From contig CAVXEP010000018.1 in NCBI GenBank assembly GCA_963760795.1, positions 32,001-96,000 of the forward strand: a stretch of DNA of 64,000 nucleotides, written 5' to 3'. The notes under the pieces are model-generated. The model ran no database searches and had not been told where the DNA came from. It saw only the letters and a program-made list of their open reading frames with translations. Positions 30,016 to 43,260 of the stretch are shown here, piece by piece (position 1 is the stretch's first letter; each line of letters opens with the position of its first letter). The DNA is from an uncultured delta proteobacterium (GTDB taxonomy: Bacteria; Desulfobacterota; Binatia; UBA9968). A program made the translations under genes and the position numbers.

Positions 30016-31826
30016 CTAAATTTTCAAATCGGACAACCCGCCCGCCCGCCATCGGGCTCGCGAAATACCGCTTGCAATTTGTCGAGGTCTCGCCGCGACT
30101 CGCTTGTCGCTCCGCAGCTGCGCCACCGGCAGATCCATGAACCTTTCCATGACCACCCGCAACGACTCCGCGTAAACCGTCCGGTCACCGATAAAATTGA
30201 ATGAAGCGGCATACATCGCATGGCCCGTACCGCGAAACTCGATCAGCGCGCGCTCGCCCTTGAGACCATCGCGATAAAAATCCTCGGCTTGGCAGCCGGC
30301 GATCACTGTGTCCCGGGCGCCCTTGAGAATCAGCGTGCGGACCTCATGGCGGATGATTCTTCGGCGTCCAAGGGCAGATCTTTTCCGCTGGAAGGCTCCG
30401 AGTTTCCTGGCTTCGCCGCGTAGCAGTTCTTTGCCGCCGCTGCCGGCGGCGAACGCCGTGACATCTTTGCCGGTGAAGCAGCCGCCGCTGTCGCGCTCGA
30501 TCATGCCCGGCCGCAGTAAAGAACGGGCGACACCATCATACAGGCCGAGCACCTGGTTGGCGCGAATCGATTCCAGTTGCCCGCCGCGTTGGCCGGTCGG
30601 CTTTGCCGGCGCGATGATCTTGCAGTACCCAGTGGCGCATTGGGCGTTTTTTAAAAATGGCGAACTGGCCGCGCACTGGCGCGCCACCGTTGCGTTGCCG
30701 GAGGCGCTTTTCTCCTCGAGAGTTAGATAGTGGCCGATCACCAACGCCGCATCGATTTGCCAGGCGAAGTCACCGGCGTAAGGCTTGACGCCGGATTCCG
30801 GCGCGCCGGTAAACTGCAGCGTTTTAATTGCCGTATAAAATTCCCGCGGGAAGTGCGGACGCGATACGGGCATCAGCCGACTTGAGCAAGTCGTCATAAT
30901 GATCGGTGACGAAATCCACCGAGCCGAACTGTTCCTCGATTTCACTCAGGAGCTTTGCCATCCTATCGCTGAGCAAATTGGCTTGTTCGACATCGATAAA
31001 ACAAAAATTATAGCTGCTGCGAGCGTCCACTAGGGCGCTCACCTCGCCGAGCTTTTCCGTGGCTGTGCCCAAAAACGTTTGCACCGGCACCGGGAGCTTT
31101 CGATCGCGGCAGTCACAAGGCTGCCCGGCCGGCGAACGGTAAGTCGTCAAGATCAATTTCAAGTTTGCCGCGGTCATGTGGGCGCGGGCGGCATGGGTGT
31201 CGCGATCTCGCACCACCGGCGCGGACAAGATCAGCGTCTTGACTTTTTTGGAGCCGAATCTAGCCGCGTACAATTGCGCCGGCAGCGCGCCCCAACTATG
31301 CGAGTAGATCGCGTCCCAGGGTTTGCGGTTGAGCACCGCCTTGCGGATTTTTTCGATGTCGTCGGCGACGTATTCGGCCGCGCAGGAAACGGTCGAACTT
31401 GTTGCTCGCCGGGATCACGCTGCGGCCGCCGCCGCGCAGGTCGAAATAAACTACATTATGATGCGCCTCCAGATGGCCAAGCATACGACCCATCTGGTTG
31501 ACGTTGTCGACCAGCGCGCCGGGCCCGCCGGCAATGAATAAAATATTCTTGCGCTCGGGACGGGCGAGGTTAAACCCCTTGCCGAAAAAATAATACAAGT
31601 CGAACTTACAAGGATCGTCGTGACAATCGATCTCCTTGGGCATCGCCATGTCGTCGGGCAAGAGCCGGACATCGGCGATTTTGCGCATTAGTTGGCCGCT
31701 GCGGCTGGCGGGCCGGGTACTCATCTCCGCCGGTGTCCAATGATAATTCTCGCCGCTCTCGCCGGCGTAGGCGGAACCCGCGACAAGTAAAACTGCGATG
31801 ACACTCAAAGCAAACCGTCGCTGCAT
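30016..31826 (-). CDS. Secreted alpha/beta-hydrolase (S33/TAP-like peptidase); two apparent frameshifts
   Basis: Signal peptide, GGPG, FDLRGGGRS, SHSWG, GARD and GTGH across ORFs 31296..31841, 30824..31336 and 30016..30945; ggaggagg RBS. Confidence 0.75.
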
Positions 31827-31840
31827 TGCATCCTCCTCCA

Positions 31841-34800
31841 TTATGAGCCGTCAGACACCATGTGAAAATTCGCTATATCGCCCTCAGGCCGCGCCACCGC
31901 GGCGCCGAGCATCGCCATGAATCCATCGAGCAACTGTTGGGCGTGGCACTCATCGAACATAGCTGCAGCGGTAGGTGACAGTTACCGTCAACTTAGTTGC
32001 CAGCTCGCGGAACTCGAAACTCAGCTCTGCCGGCGTAAGCGCCACCTCCGGGTCCGCCGCCCGATCCCCGCCATTGGACCAATGCGCAAATCTGACACCA
32101 GCGGCTTCCTCGGATTCGTCAACCATGCGCCGATAGTTGACCATGACCTGATAAAGGGAGATCGGCTCACCGCCCTCGCCCTGCAAACTACGGCTGAGTT
32201 CGGCGATGGGCAGATCTTGATGAGCAAAGGCTTCCTGCGCTACGGATCGGGTCTGTTGCAAAAGATCGTCGAACGACATCCGCGGCGCTACGCGGGTTCG
32301 CAACACCACTGCATTGACGAAGTAGCCGATCAGATTTTCGCGTATGCGGCTGTTGGCGATTTGCCACTAAAGTGCCGATGCAAAGATCGCGGCACCCGGT
32401 CAAACGGTAGAGCCACAAGTTTAACGCCGCCACCAGCACGACAAACGGCGTGGTTTTCCGCGCGCGCGCCAATTCGTGAATTGCCGCGCTGACCGCCGCT
32501 TTCATATCCATCGACAGCCGTCCGCTCCGCAGTGTCAATTTTTTTCGCCGTTTGCCGACCGCAGGAAACTCGATCGTTGGCAACGGACCGGCCAACCGCT
32601 TCTGCCAAAAGTTGAGTTGATCGTCGAATCCGCCGGTATCCAACATGCGCCGCTGCCATCGACTGAAATCGACGAATTGGTACGGCAACGCCGCGACCGC
32701 CGCGGGCTCGCCTTGAGCAAAGGCTTTGTAAAACGCCACAAGCTCGCGGCGAAACAGCCGCATCGACCATTGATCGGCGATCATATGATGCATTGTCACC
32801 AGAAAAATATGTTCCGCCGCGGCCAACCGCACCAAAGTGACCCGGAACGGCGGCCCCTTGTCCAAGTCAAAAATCTCCTGGGCATCCTCGTGGGAGATCC
32901 GCTGCAAGTTCGCTGCTGCGCTTTGGCTCTGGCTTCGCCGCCAAATCGAATCGCCTAAGCGGTACGCGCATTCGGCGCCGGACGACTTGGACGAGCTGGC
33001 CATGGCGCTCGTTTGAAGACCGTGCGCAACACCGCATGGCGCGCCATGATCTTTTCAATGGCACGCCGCAGCGCCGCCTGGTTCAACCGGCCGCTCAGTC
33101 GGTACCCGTACGGGAGGTTCAGAAAATCCGCCCCCGACAACAGGTCATCCATGCGCCAGAAAAGGTCCTGAGCCGATGACACCGGTAACGCACCGCCTTG
33201 TATGGCTCGACGGCAGGATTGGCGGCAGCGCCGCGCGCTCGCCTTTTTCGATCCGAGCAGCGACGCCGGCAACCGTCGGCGCATCGAAAAACTCGCGCAC
33301 GGAGAACTCGGCGCCAAATGCCGCGCGCAGCCGCGCGACTATCTGCATCGCCAATATCGAATGGCCACCGAGCTCGAAGAAGTCATCGTCGACGCCGATC
33401 CAGTCTAAACCCAGCCCTTCGCGCCAGATCGCGGCAACTTTCTCTTCGGTTTCGTTGCGCGGACCCACCAGCTTCGATTCAGCCGCGCGCTGGTGCGCCT
33501 GTGAGCTCCGGCAGCGCGCGTCGATCGATTTTGCCGTTGGGCAGAAGCGGTATGCGCTCCAACCGAACAAACCCCGCCGGTACCATGTAAGCCGGCAGCA
33601 TTTGCTGGAGATATTCGCGCAGCTCACGGTCGGTCGGCGGCATCTGAGGAAACAATGTACGCCACCAACGACTGTCGCCAATTTTGCATTGGTCGCATCG
33701 CACCGCTGGCATCGGTCTGCAGCGGTCACAACACAGTCGTCGATCCTTGGATGACTGCGCAGCGCCGCTTCGATCTCGCCCGGTTCAACCCGCTGGCCGG
33801 CGAATTTGATTTGATTATCCGCGCGGCCGAGATATTCGAGATTGCCATCGGCGCGGTAACGCGCCAAGTCGCCGGTGCGAAACAGCCGGGAGCCCGGATC
33901 GGCGCTGAACGGATTGACGACGAATTTTTCCGCGGTCAGTTCCGGCCGGCGCCAATAGCCCCGCGCCAAGCCGTCGCCGCCGACATACAGTTCGCCGATG
34001 ACGCCGACTGGCACGGGCTGGCGCTGCGCGTCCAGAAGATAACACCGTGGTGTTCGAAATCGGCCGGCCGATGGCCACCGTCTTCCCCGAAGTCCGGCCG
34101 TCATATTCAAAACAGCTTGCGTCGGCGGCGACTTCCGCCGAACCGTAGAGATTGAGCAACACCGCCTTGGGATGACTCTTGCGAAACCGCTCTGCGAGTT
34201 CAGTGCTCAGCGCCTCGCCGCTGCTGGTCCAGAGCTTTAGCCGCGGCAATTTAACCGTCAGATTGACGCCATCGTCGAGAAAGGCTTTTAGCAGCGACGG
34301 CACCAAGACAACACGGCTCACCCGCCGATGGGCGAGAAACTCGATCAGCAAATGGGGATCATGGGCGGTGTCATCGTCAGCGATGGTCAGAGGAACGCCT
34401 TGCAGCAGCGGTCCGAATATTTCCCACACCGAATCGACGAAACTCAATGACGTCTTGCTGCAACAGACCTCGCCAGGACGAAACGGATAGCGCCGCCACA
34501 TCCAGTCACAACGATTGACCACGCCGCGATGAAGCCCGACCACGCCTTTAGGCAAACCGGTGGAACCTGAAGTGTAGATGAGATAAGCGGCGCTTGCCGC
34601 CCTGGACAGTACTGTGGGATTCTCATGACTCTGGCCGGCGAATAGATCGGCATCGTCGAGACAAACCAGCGAAACATTCGCCTGGGAAATTGTGCCGGCG
34701 AGCTCTCGCTGGGTGAGCAAAAGGTCGATTTCAGCGTCAGCGACCATGAATTCCAAGCGCGCGTGCGGATAACTTGGATCGAGTGGCACATAAGCAGCGC

Positions 34801-36609
34801 CGGCTTTGAGAATCCCGAGCATGCCCACGACCATCTCAAGCGACCGCGCGACCAGCAGCCCGACGGGCTTGTCGGCGCCAACGCCACGACCACGTAAAAA
34901 ATGCGCCACGCGATTGGCATGCCGGTTGAGTTCGGCGAAGGTCAACGTTGACGATTGGAACTCTAGGGCAACGGCGTCGGGCGTGCGCGCGACTTGGGCC
35001 TCGAAGAGCTCGTGAATGCAGCTCTGGCTCGGATAAGCTGCCGCGCTGTCGTTCCATTCGACTAAGCATACGCCGCCGCTCGTTGGCACCGAGCAATTCT
35101 AACGCGCCGATAGCGCGATCGGGATTAGTGACAATATCATCGAGCAGCGGCGAAAAATGTCCCGCCATGCGCTCGATGGTCGCGGCGTCGAACAAATCGC
35201 TAGGCGTACTCGAAATAACCGAGCAACCGGCCGCCGCGCTCGCGCAAATAAAGCGAGAGATCGTACTGCGCCGTAGCGTTCTCCACTTCCACCGGGTCGA
35301 TATCTAATCCTTCCGGCACCGCCCAACGGTTCGGCGTGTTCTGCAAAACAAAGAAAGCTTGAAACAACGGCTGGCGATTGAGCTCCCGGCGCGGCTTGAG
35401 TTCCTCGACCAGTTTCTCGAACGGGATAGCCTGGTGCGCGTAAGCATCGAGACAAACTTCGCGCACCCGCCGCAAATAGTCGCGAAAGCTTGGCTGGCCG
35501 CTCAGATCGCCGCGCAGAATCAAAGTGTTGACGAAGAAGCCGATCAGCCCTTCGCATTCGGCGTGAGGACGATGGGTCACCGCGGAACCCACGGCGATAT
35601 CGTCCTGGCCCGAGTAACGATGCAGCAAGAGCTGAAACGCCGCCAACAGCACCATGAACTGCGTCGCTTTCTCCTGCGCAGCCAGGCGATTGAGCGACGC
35701 CGTTAACGATGGTGAAAAATTTATCGGGTAGCGTCCACCGCGAAAACTTTGCCGCACCGGCCGGGGCCGGTCGGTGGGCAGATCGAGGGCTGCCACGCCA
35801 TCCAGCTGTTTACGCCAGTACAGAAGTTGCTCCTGAAGCGGCGCCGTCTCCAAACGGCGGCGCTGCCAAATGGCAAAGTCACCATATTGAATCGGCAATT
35901 CGGCCAAGGGGGATACTTGTCCAGCGGCGAAGGCCACGTAAAGTTGCCAAAGTTCGCCGACGAGAATTCCCATGGACCAGGCATCGGCGACCAAATGATG
36001 GGTAGTTAGAAGCAAAATATGCTCAGCATCGTCGACTTGCAGTAAGCGCGCGCGCAGCAGTCGCCCCGCCGCCAGATCGAAGTAAGTTTCCGCTTCCAGC
36101 TTAATGCGCCGGCGCAGTTCGTTGTCACGTCGGGCGCCGGAAAGCCGACGCAGATCTGTTACCCGCAGCAACCTTGTGGCGTCGGCAACCGGAACTTGCA
36201 TCGGTATGCCGTCGATCGTGCAAAACCTCGACCGGAGCACCTCATGGCGCCGGACAATCTCGTTGAGACTCGCGGCGAGAGTCTGGCGATGGAGCGGACC
36301 GCGTAGGCGGAACCCGCGGCATAAGTTGTAAACCGACCTTTCCGGCTCCAGTTGCGTCAAGAACCACAGACGTTCTTGGGCCAACGACAAAGGTGCCTCT
36401 ACGGCTGTCCTGCGGCGCGGAACGGACGGCGCAACGCTTAAAGCACCGGCGCGAAGCCTCGTTAGCAGCTCGGCTTTTCGCGCGGCGATGGCTGCGCGCA
36501 GCTCATCATGCAGCGCGCCCTTGGGTGCGTTGATGCGCAGCTTATCGCCATCGGCGGATATCGCGATATCGAGCGCACGCAACTGCGCGATGAAGTCCTC
36601 GGTATCTAT
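31841..36609 (-). CDS. NRPS 3: TubC-type docking domain - C - A (beta-Ala-like) - PCP - terminal C; many apparent frameshifts
   Basis: [14 protein letters not shown]; HHLVADA; [11 protein letters not shown]; SFVDSVWE; GGHS; HHMIADQ; start codon uncertain. Confidence 0.85.
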
Positions 36610-39600
36610 ATCTCGATCTCCTCGCGCTCGCCGCCGCCAACCGCCACCGGCTCCACGTTCAAATTCAACGATGTCAGCGAGCGCGCCAACGCCGCCACCG
36701 TCGGCGCCGCGAGAAAGGCGCGTAACTCGATACCGACGCCGAAGTCATTTTTAATCCGCACCGCGGCTTGCGCGGCGAGCAAAGAATGGCCGCCGAGGCG
36801 AAAGAAATTATCCTCGACGCCGATCCGCTCTCGGCCCAATACCTCGGTAAATATCTCGCACAGCTTGGCTTCGACCTCAGAACGCGGCGCGATGGCCGCA
36901 GCGCTCGACTGGGCGCGCGATTCCAGCACCGGCGGCAACGCGTCGTAGTCGAGCTTGCCATTGGGCCCCAGCGGCAGCCGGTCTAGCAGGACGAAATAAC
37001 CCGGCACCATGTAGTCCGGCAGCTTGGCGGCAAGATAGGAACGTAAAACGTCGATCTCGCTTTCCCCTGCTTCGCTGGCGACGACGCAAGCAACTAACCG
37101 TTTATCGAATTTTGGATTTTGGATTTGGGATTTTGGATTGTCGGATTCAGGAGTTGGGAAGTCTCTTGCGATCACCACTGCGTCGAGCACCGTCGAATGT
37201 TGTTTGAGCGCCGTTTCGATTTCCGCCAGCTCGACGCGGAAGCCACGGATGTTGACGCGCCGGTCGGATCGGCCGGCCCACTCGACATTGCCGTCGGGCC
37301 GATAGCGGGCGAGTTCGCCGGTACGATAGAGCCGGTCACGTCCGTCCCCGATGAATGGACTTGCGATAAACATCGCGGCGCTGCGCTCGTCGTCGTCCAG
37401 ATAGCCCAAGGCCAAATGCGGGCTGCGCACATAGAGTTCGCCCAACTCACCGATGCCGCAAAGTCGCCGGCGCTTGTTTAGAACCAGTAACTGCACGTCC
37501 TTGATACCGCGCCCCAACGGCAGCGGCCGCGATGACTGGTCAGCGGCGTCGAGGGTCTCGCCGCCAATCTCATAGTAGCCGACGGCGCGCTGGGTCTCGG
37601 TGGCGCCGTAAAAACTGCCGATCACCGCCTTTGGCGCCAATCGGTGCATGCGCCGCACGTCGTCGCTGGTCAAGACATCGCCGCCGAAAAAGATCCGGCG
37701 CAGCGCCGGCAACGGCCGCTCACCGCCGGCTAAAAGCAACTGGCCCAGCGCCGGCGTGAGATGCAAAACCGTGATGCGATTTTCGTCCAACCATTTTGCC
37801 AGTAAGTCCGGCGCCCGGGCGGTGCGATCGTCGGGAATGTAAAGCGTCGCGCCGAGCGCCAGCGCGGTAAATAGGTCGCGATGCAGATGACTGTAGGCCA
37901 GGCCGGAGAGCATGGCGAAGCGATCGCTCTCACGCAACTCGAAGGCGTCCGCGCTGCCAGGGCAGAAAATGCGTCATCGGCCCATGACCGCAGAGAACGG
38001 CTTTGGGTTCTCCGCTGGAGCCGGATGTAAAGGCGATATAGGCTGGATCGCTGCGCCGCTACCGGCACCGAGACACGGGCCGTTCTCGCTATGCGCCAGT
38101 GCTGCGATAATCGCTGCTTTGCCGCGCGCTAGAGTCATGTGAAATTTGACGTCCAATGCCTTCAGACAGCCGGCCAATTCCGCCGCGAGTTCGGCCGTGC
38201 CATCGAGTTTGATCCAAGCCCTAGGCCGAGCAATTCTCAGGTAATCCAGTGAGCGTGCCGCCGGGTACGCCGGATCGAGAATCAAAAAGCTTGCGCCGGT
38301 TTGAAGAATTCCCAACAGGGCAACGACTAACGACGCATCGCGCGCAGCGTAGATCGCCACCACGTCCTTGGGTTTCACGCCGCCGGCACGGAGCGCGCTG
38401 CTAAGCCGCGCGGCGGCCTGATCAAGCTCGGCGTAGCTCCAACTCTCACCGCCCTGAACTAGCGCAGTTTTTGCCGGCGCATGGCGCGTTTGCTCGGCGA
38501 CCAGTTCATGAATCGCCCCCTCCCAGCGGTCATCGAGCACCGCCGTCGGATCGGGCAGCAACCCCTGCGCCGTTTCGCCAACTAGTGAAAGCTCCTCAAT
38601 CGCCAGCTCAGGACAGCGCAGCGCTTGCGCGAGGATCAGTTCGAATTGTTCGAGCACGGCAGCGATTCGCTCCGGGCGGTAAAGTTCGACATTGTAATCC
38701 ACCGTGAGTTCCACGCTGCCAGCGATTTCCGGCGCCGACAGCACCAAATCGAATTTGGCGCCGGGGGCGCTTGCCATTATCTTGTCGATCTTGCAGCCAG
38801 ACAGCGAAAACCTGCGCTCCGACAGGTCGGCGACATTGAAGAGAATATCGAACAGCGGATTGCGGCTGGGTGCGCGCGCCGGATTGACCTCTTCGACCAA
38901 TTTTTCAAACGGCAACTCTTGATTGCTGTACGCGTCCAAGCAAACTTCGCGAACTCGGCGCAGCAGGCCAACGAAACTCGGATTGTCGCCAAGTTGAAGC
39001 CGAAGCGGCAGGACGTTGATAAAGAAGCCTATGACGCCTTCCATCGCCGCATGATTGCGCCCGCCAACCGTGGAGCCGATGACGACATCGGTCTGGCCGC
39101 CGATCCGCGACAGCAACACGCTGAACGCCGCAAGCAAAGTCATGAACGATGTCACGCCCTGTTGACGAGTGAAACGGTTCAGCGCCGCACTGAGTTCCAC
39201 AGGCAGGCGCCGTACCAATCTGGCGCCGCGGTAGCTGCGCGCCGCCGGACGAGGAAAATCCGTCGGCATCGATACTGGCGTCGGCAAACCGGCGAGATTA
39301 CGCTTCCAGTAATCCAGCTCGGCAGCACAGGCCGGTGAGGCTAGCCACTGCTGCTGCCAAGCAGCGTAATCGGCAAATCGAAGCGGCAATGGTGCGGCTA
39401 ACGCGACTTCCGTACGGCGATAAGACTCATAGCTCAATGAAAGTTCGCGAAAAAAGATCGCCAGAGAGGAACCATCGGCGATGATATGATGAAAGTTCAA
39501 GATCAGCAGATGATCCTGCTCCGCCAGTTTGACCAAGTGAGCACGCCACAGCGGCGCCTGTGCCAAATCATAGGGCGTGCGAGCAACCAGGTCCGCCAGC

Positions 39601-42600
39601 CGACGCCATTCCGATTCCGCTTGGTCCTTGCGGCAAACCGGACAAATCGGTGATCGGCAGCGCAATCGTTATCTCCGCGACAATTTCCTGGCAGGGTTCG
39701 CCGTCAACTTCTTTAATGGCGGTGCGCAGCGCCTCGTGGCGCGCAGTGACCAGATTCAACCCCTGCGCCAATGCTGCAACGTCGAGATCGCCGTCGATGC
39801 GAAATACCGCCGGTATATGGTAAGCAGCGAGATCGCCGTCAAGTTTTTGCAAGAACCACAAACGGCGCTGGGAAAATGACAGCGGCAAATTGCCGCCACG
39901 CGCGATTCGCGCCATCGGCACCACGCCCGTCCCTCTCTGATTACGGCGCAATATGGCAATTTCATCGGCGAGCCCGGCGACGGTGGGCCGTTCAAAGATT
40001 TTCCGCAGCGCCAGATCGACGTTAAAATGGCCGCGCAGGCGCGCCACCACGCGGGTCGCGAGCAGCGAGTGGCCGCCCAGCTGGAAAAAGTTTTCATTGC
40101 ACGCCGAGCCGGTCGCCGTTTCAACACTTCGCGCCAAACCTGCGCCACCAGCTCTTCGATCTCGTCGCGCGGCTCGATAAATTCACTGGGCAGCGCTGGT
40201 TCGCGGTCCATCCGGAGCAGGCAATGCCCGGCGGTCGACTTTACCGTTGGGCGTCAGCGGCAAGGCTGGCAAAGACATGAAAACAGCCGGCACCATGCAG
40301 CTGGGCAACTTAGCGCTCAGGTAGCCACGCAAATCATTTTCCGCCAACGTCACGCCGTCTCGGGGCACCAAGTAGGCGACCAACTCACTCTCGCCCTCGC
40401 CGCCGGTGGCCCCGGCGACGACCGCCGCATCCCGCACCGCTGGATGCAGTCGGAGAACGCTCTCAATCTCGCCCAATTCGATGCGGTAACCGCGCAGCTT
40501 CACCTGGTTATCGGATGCGGCCGAGGTACTCCACGGTGCCGTCGGCCTGATACCGAGCCAGGTCTCCAGTGCGGTAAATCCGTGCACCGGGTTCACGGCT
40601 AAAGGGATTCGCGATAAAGCGCTCCGCGGTCAAGTCCGGCCGATTCAAATAGCCGCGCGCCACGCCGGCGCCGCCGATGTAAAGCTCGCCGACCACGCCG
40701 ATCGGCACCGGCTGCATTACGCCGTCTAGAATATAGAGCTGGGTATTCGCCAGGGGCCGGCCGATGGGAACGGTAGCGCCAACACCCTCGACGCGATGCA
40801 TCGTCGACCAGATGGTGCTCTCGGTGGGGCCATAGAGATTCCACAACTCGCCGCAGCCACGTAAGCGATCGGCCAGAGTCGCGCGGGCAGCGCTTCGCCG
40901 CCGCAGAGAATTTTAAATTCGGCCATCGCCCTGCCAGCCGGCTTCGAGCAGCAGACGCCAGGTCGACGGCGTCGCCTGCATCGTCGTCGCGCCGGAACTC
41001 TTCAACCGTTGCGCCAAACGCTCGCCATCGCGCGCCTCGTCACGGCTGGCGACCACTAATTTGCCGCCCGTGATCAACGGCAACAAGATTTCCGCCGCGG
41101 CGATATCGAAAGAAATCGTCGTCACCGCCAGCCAGACATCGGCTTTGGCTGATTTTCAAATGGCGCTGCATTGAGAGCAGGCAATTGACCAACGAGCGCT
41201 GTTCGATCTCGACGCCTTTAGGATGGCCGGTCGACCCCGAAGTGTAAATTACGTAGGCGAGATCGCGCGGTGAAGACCCGCGCTTAATATTCTCGCTGCT
41301 ATGGGTTTCGATATTTCGTCGCTCACGATCTAATAAGATGACGATGGGGTCGAGAATGGAGGATTGAGGATCGAGGATCGCTATCATCCATTTTCCATCC
41401 TCGATCGTCGGCGATACTCTTCTGGCTAATCAGCACCGACACCTGCGCGTCGTCTAAAATAAATTCCAGCCGTTCTCTCGGATATTCCGGGTCGAGCGGC
41501 AAATAGGCCGCGCCGGCTTTGAGCACGGCGAGCAGTGCAACGACCATGTCGACCGAGCGCTCCAGGCATAGGGCGACGACGCAGTTTCGCCCGACGCCAA
41601 GTTTTGTTAAATAGCGCGCCAAGCGGTTGGCGCGGCGATTCAGTCGGCCGTAGGTCAAACGCTCCGGGCCGCACTCAAGCGCCAGCGCGCTCGGCGTGCG
41701 CTGCGCTTGGCGTTCGAACAATTGATGCACACAAGCCTTCGGTACAACCGCGCGCGTTCGGTTCCACTCGATCAACAAACGGCGGCGCTCCTTTTCGCCC
41801 ATCATCGGCAGTCGGGCAATCGACCGATCTGGCTCGGCGACGATCGCGTTCAGCAGCGTGAGGAAATGTTGCAGCATGCGCGCGATGGTGTCGTCGGCGA
41901 ATAGTGACCTGCGATATTCAACAAAGCCGCTGAGCCGGCCGTCGCGTTCGCCCAACGCCAGACTGAGATCGTATTTGGCCCCGCCGCTGTCGCAGTCGAT
42001 GGCCTCGCTGCGAATGCCGTGCAGGCTCAATTCGGCGGGCAACTGGTTTTGAAACGTGAACAGCGTCTGGAAAATCGGCGTGCGGCTGGGATCGCGCGAT
42101 TGCTTCAACTCATCGACCAGCCGCTCGAACGGCAGCTCCTGATGCGCCAGCGCCTCTTGCAAGTTAGTCGCGCAGCCTTGCCAGCAGTTGGGTAAATGTC
42201 GGATCGCCGGCGAGATCGCTGCGCAGCGCCAGGGTATTGACGAACGAGCCGATGAGATTCTCCAGCGCTGGATGGTCGCGATTGGCCACCGGGAAACCGA
42301 CAACGAGATCGTCCTGCCGCGTGTAGCGCCAGAGCAGGACGTTGAACGCCGCCATCAAGGTGACGAACAGCGTGTTCGACGCCCTGGCGCTCAGTTCTTT
42401 GAGCCCGGCGGTGAGCGCTTTGTCGAGTATGATTTTCTGCCGCGCGCCTTTTAAGCTCGCGGCTGCCGCCCGCGGCTTATCCGCCGGCAGATCGAGAACC
42501 GGCAACACGCCGCCCAACTGTTTTTTCCAATAGGCCAGTGGCGCCGCCAAGGCTGCATCGTCGAACCCCCGGCGCTGCCAAAGCGCGTAGTCGCCATACT

Positions 42601-43256
42601 GCACCGGCAACTCGGCGAGGGAAGCGGCTTCGGCTGCGCCGCCGTTGGCGTAAAGCGCTTCGAGTTCACGGTAAAACAGATCGAGCGAGCGGCCATCGCA
42701 CACCGCCTGGTGCGCGACAAAAACGAAAACATGGTCTTGGCGATCGAGTTGAAGCAGCGTAACGCGCAGCAGCGGTTCGGCGCTAAGATTGAAACAATGG
42801 CCAGCTTCGGCGCCCACCCGCAGGCCGATTTCCTCGTCACGGAGATTGACGCGCGATATGGCGCAAATCGAACATTTGCAGCGCCGGCGCGGTCAACGGC
42901 AAGACCTGCTGCAGCGGCCGATCGCCGTCATTCGCCAACACTGTGCGCAGCACTTCGTGGCGCTGCACGATACGCTGCACGCAACGGCTGAGCAGCGTGA
43001 CGTCGAGCGCCCCCTTGAGACGCCAAGCGCGGGCGACGTTGTAAACCGCACTGGCCGGCTCCCACTGCTGCAAAAACCACAAGCGCTCCTGAGCGAATGA
43101 CAGCGGCACGACTGCGCCGCTGGGGCGCGGCGTGATTGCGCTCGCAGCACCAGCGTCTGAATCAGTACTTTTGTCCCGCAGCCGCGCCAGTAAACGCAGC
43201 TTGGCCGCGCCCAGCGCGGCGCCGGACTGGGGCTTGGAGTGGCGAGTCGTGTTCAT
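36606..43256 (-). CDS. NRPS 2: C - A (Gly-like) - PCP - C - A (Lys2/aminoadipate-like) - PCP; many apparent frameshifts
   Basis: [11 protein letters not shown]; HQAVCDG; SFDIA; NLYGPTESTIW; GGHS; HHIIADG; YGATETQRA; GGHS; ends EREEIEI. Confidence 0.87.
37109..37147. repeat. Heptamer array (attttgg-like, four units plus a degenerate fifth) in frame inside an NRPS A domain
   Basis: Encodes SDNPKSQIQNPKF on the minus strand. Confidence 0.8.
41352..41409. repeat. Inverted pair of heptamer arrays (gaggatc x4 / catcctc-like x4) inside an NRPS A domain
   Basis: Directly visible; coincides with a +1 frame change. Confidence 0.75.
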
Positions 43257-43260
43257 TCTA

